Source: Candidatus Tepidifontimicrobium thermophilum (GTDB lineage: Bacteria > Sysuimicrobiota > Sysuimicrobiia > Sysuimicrobiales > Sysuimicrobiaceae). Taken from it: a stretch of 64,000 bases of DNA. The notes under the pieces were generated by a model. The model was not told the origin of the DNA and made no database searches. It saw only the letters and a list, made by a program, of their open reading frames with translations. The stretch is taken from contig JAVKHO010000008.1 of NCBI GenBank assembly GCA_031459915.1, forward strand, positions 32,001 through 96,000, read 5' to 3'. Made by a program: the position numbers and the translations under genes. Below are positions 62,668-64,000 of the stretch, in pieces. How positions within the stretch are numbered: position 1 is the stretch's first letter; each line of letters starts with the position of its first letter.

Positions 62668-63851
62668 TCACCTCCGGGGGCCAGGGCCAGCTCGGGAGCC
62701 GCCTGCTGCACGTGGTGGGCGGGAAGGAAGAAGCGGTTGGCGATCCAGGTGGGCACCACCGCGCTGGCCACGACCGCGCTCACGAGGAAGGAGTACTGCG
62801 CCTGGTCGATGATGCCGTGGGTGAGGCCGTACAGGGAGGAAATGGTCCCGAAGGTGAGCCCGGTGGACATCAGCAGGGTCGTGTACATGGCCTCGTCCCG
62901 CGCGTACCGGTACGCCCGGGTCAACGGGAACACGCCGGCAAACTTGCTCAGGGCTTTGGCCGCGAAGAGCACCGCGAACGTCCCCAGACCGCCCGCCACG
63001 ACGGGGAGCTGGACCAGCAGCCCCGCGCGGATGAAGTAGAAGGGGGTGAGCAGCCCGAAGGTGAGGCTGCGCAGGCGTCGGACCAGTTCGTGGTGGCGGC
63101 CCACGGTCCCCGCCAGGGCCATTCCCAACACGTACGCGGGGAGGACCGCTTCGGACCCGGACCACGCCGCCAGGGCGCCCAGGGCGAACAGCACCCCCAG
63201 GAGGAATTTCACTTCCAGCTCAGAGGTCCGGCCAGCGAAGCGGCGCAGCACGGGCCGGGCGGCGCGGGCGCAACCCCATAGGGCGACCCCGAGAGCTGCG
63301 ACGAACACTACGGTGCGCCAGCTGAAGGGAGCGAACAGGAGCCCCAGAGCCACCACCGTCCCCAGGTCGTTGATGAAGCACGCTGCGAGGATGACCTTGC
63401 CGTACTCGGTGCGGTTGATCCCCAGTTCCAGGAGCACCGCGTACACGACCGCCACGGAGGTGGTGGACAGGGCGACCCCTGCGACCCAGCTGGCCTGGGG
63501 AGCCCACCCCAGGACCTGCCGGGCGGCCCACGCGGCGCCCAAAAAGGGAGCCAGGAAGCCGGCCAGACCCATCACCGTGGCCTCCTTCCAGCGCCTGCGG
63601 AAGGCGTCTGGGTCGAGCTCGGCTCCCGCGAGGAAGGTGAGGACCACCGATCCGGTACCCGCGAGGAAAGCCACCCAGCCATCCCGGACTCCGGGCAACG
63701 AGGTGTGGCCGAAAACCCCCATGAGCAGCTGGCTCAAGATTCCGACGAGGATCTCGGTGAGGGCTACGGAGACCCGCAGCCAGCTTCCCAGAAGGGCGGC
63801 GAGCAGGGCGAGGGCCAGCCACGCTGCCGCGGTCCACCAGATGGTTTCCAT
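62664..63851 (-). CDS. Cation:proton antiporter (CPA2/Na+/H+ exchanger family)
   Basis: Highly hydrophobic polytopic protein; FLAGAELD, ALSTTSVAVV, ACFINDL, PFYFIRAG. Confidence 0.9.
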   Translation of the reverse strand: METIWWTAAAWLALALLAALLGSWLRVSVALTEILVGILSQLLMGVFGHTSLPGVRDGWVAFLAGTGSVVLTFLAGAELDPDAFRRRWKEATVMGLAGFLAPFLGAAWAARQVLGWAPQASWVAGVALSTTSVAVVYAVLLELGINRTEYGKVILAACFINDLGTVVALGLLFAPFSWRTVVFVAALGVALWGCARAARPVLRRFAGRTSELEVKFLLGVLFALGALAAWSGSEAVLPAYVLGMALAGTVGRHHELVRRLRSLTFGLLTPFYFIRAGLLVQLPVVAGGLGTFAVLFAAKALSKFAGVFPLTRAYRYARDEAMYTTLLMSTGLTFGTISSLYGLTHGIIDQAQYSFLVSAVVASAVVPTWIANRFFLPAHHVQQAAPELALAPGGE

Positions 63852-63880
63852 GGAGTCGACCTCCGGCGGGGTAGAGGCCG

Positions 63881-63917
63881 AAAAAGATTGGCCCCTACCC
63901 GACTTGGGTAGGAGCCA
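63881..63917 (-). terminator. Riboswitch-linked intrinsic terminator
   Basis: Minus strand GGCTCCTACCC-AAGTC-GGGTAGGGGCC followed by AATCTTTTT; the 5' arm overlaps the aptamer 3' end. Confidence 0.75.
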
Positions 63918-63957
63918 TCAGCCTCCGTGGGAGGCGGTTCGGGCGGGCTCCATCGCC
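63908..63957 (-). ncRNA. Fluoride (crcB motif) riboswitch aptamer
   Basis: Minus strand GGCGATGGAGCCCGCCCGAACCGCCTCCCACGGAGGCTGATGGCTCCTAC matches the recalled consensus GGCGATGGxGTTCGCC...AAxCGC-hairpin-GCTGATGxCTCCTAC, including the pseudoknot pairing GGAGCC/GGCTCC. Confidence 0.93.
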
Positions 63958-63964
63958 CGCGGGC

Positions 63965-63994
63965 ATTATCCGGCAAGCTCCCCGCGGCCGTCAA
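63965..63994 (-). promoter_or_regulatory. Sigma70 promoter TTGACG-N18-GATAAT for the riboswitch operon
   Basis: The -10 ends 7 nt before the aptamer's first G. Confidence 0.75.
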
Positions 63995-64000
63995 TGCCAT

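Overview
A 64 kb, very GC-rich bacterial chromosomal segment of densely packed genes. The gene content suggests a thermophilic Terrabacteria-type organism (inference only). In order: cytochrome c maturation genes (ccmF, ccmH, one accessory gene); a NitT/TauT ABC importer preceded by a Cys-containing short ORF; DoxX; an SDH/ClpP-like protease; a 63-bp-repeat coiled-coil protein; a heat-shock cluster (PRC/BON protein, hspR, hsp20, dnaK, grpE, J-protein, clpB); purEK; arsR-arsN-arsM; a compatible-solute cluster (USP-GpgS fusion, GH63-like hydrolase, MscS, glgC; divergent PGI/PMI and a MalK-like ATPase); an accDABC-pdhABC operon; htrA, glpX, argS coupled to a COG2403/ArcE-like enzyme, tal/fsa, rho; the prfA-prmC-sua5-rpiB-glyA-upp block; and a two-component system. 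The most notable element is at the right end (minus strand): a clear fluoride (crcB) riboswitch upstream of a translationally coupled four-gene operon. That operon encodes a cation:proton antiporter, a universal stress protein and two tandem short MutS-family ATPases with non-canonical Walker B motifs. No Fluc or CLC-F exporter gene is present in the window. I found no tRNA, rRNA, CRISPR array or transposase. All calls come from reading motifs by eye; no searches were run.
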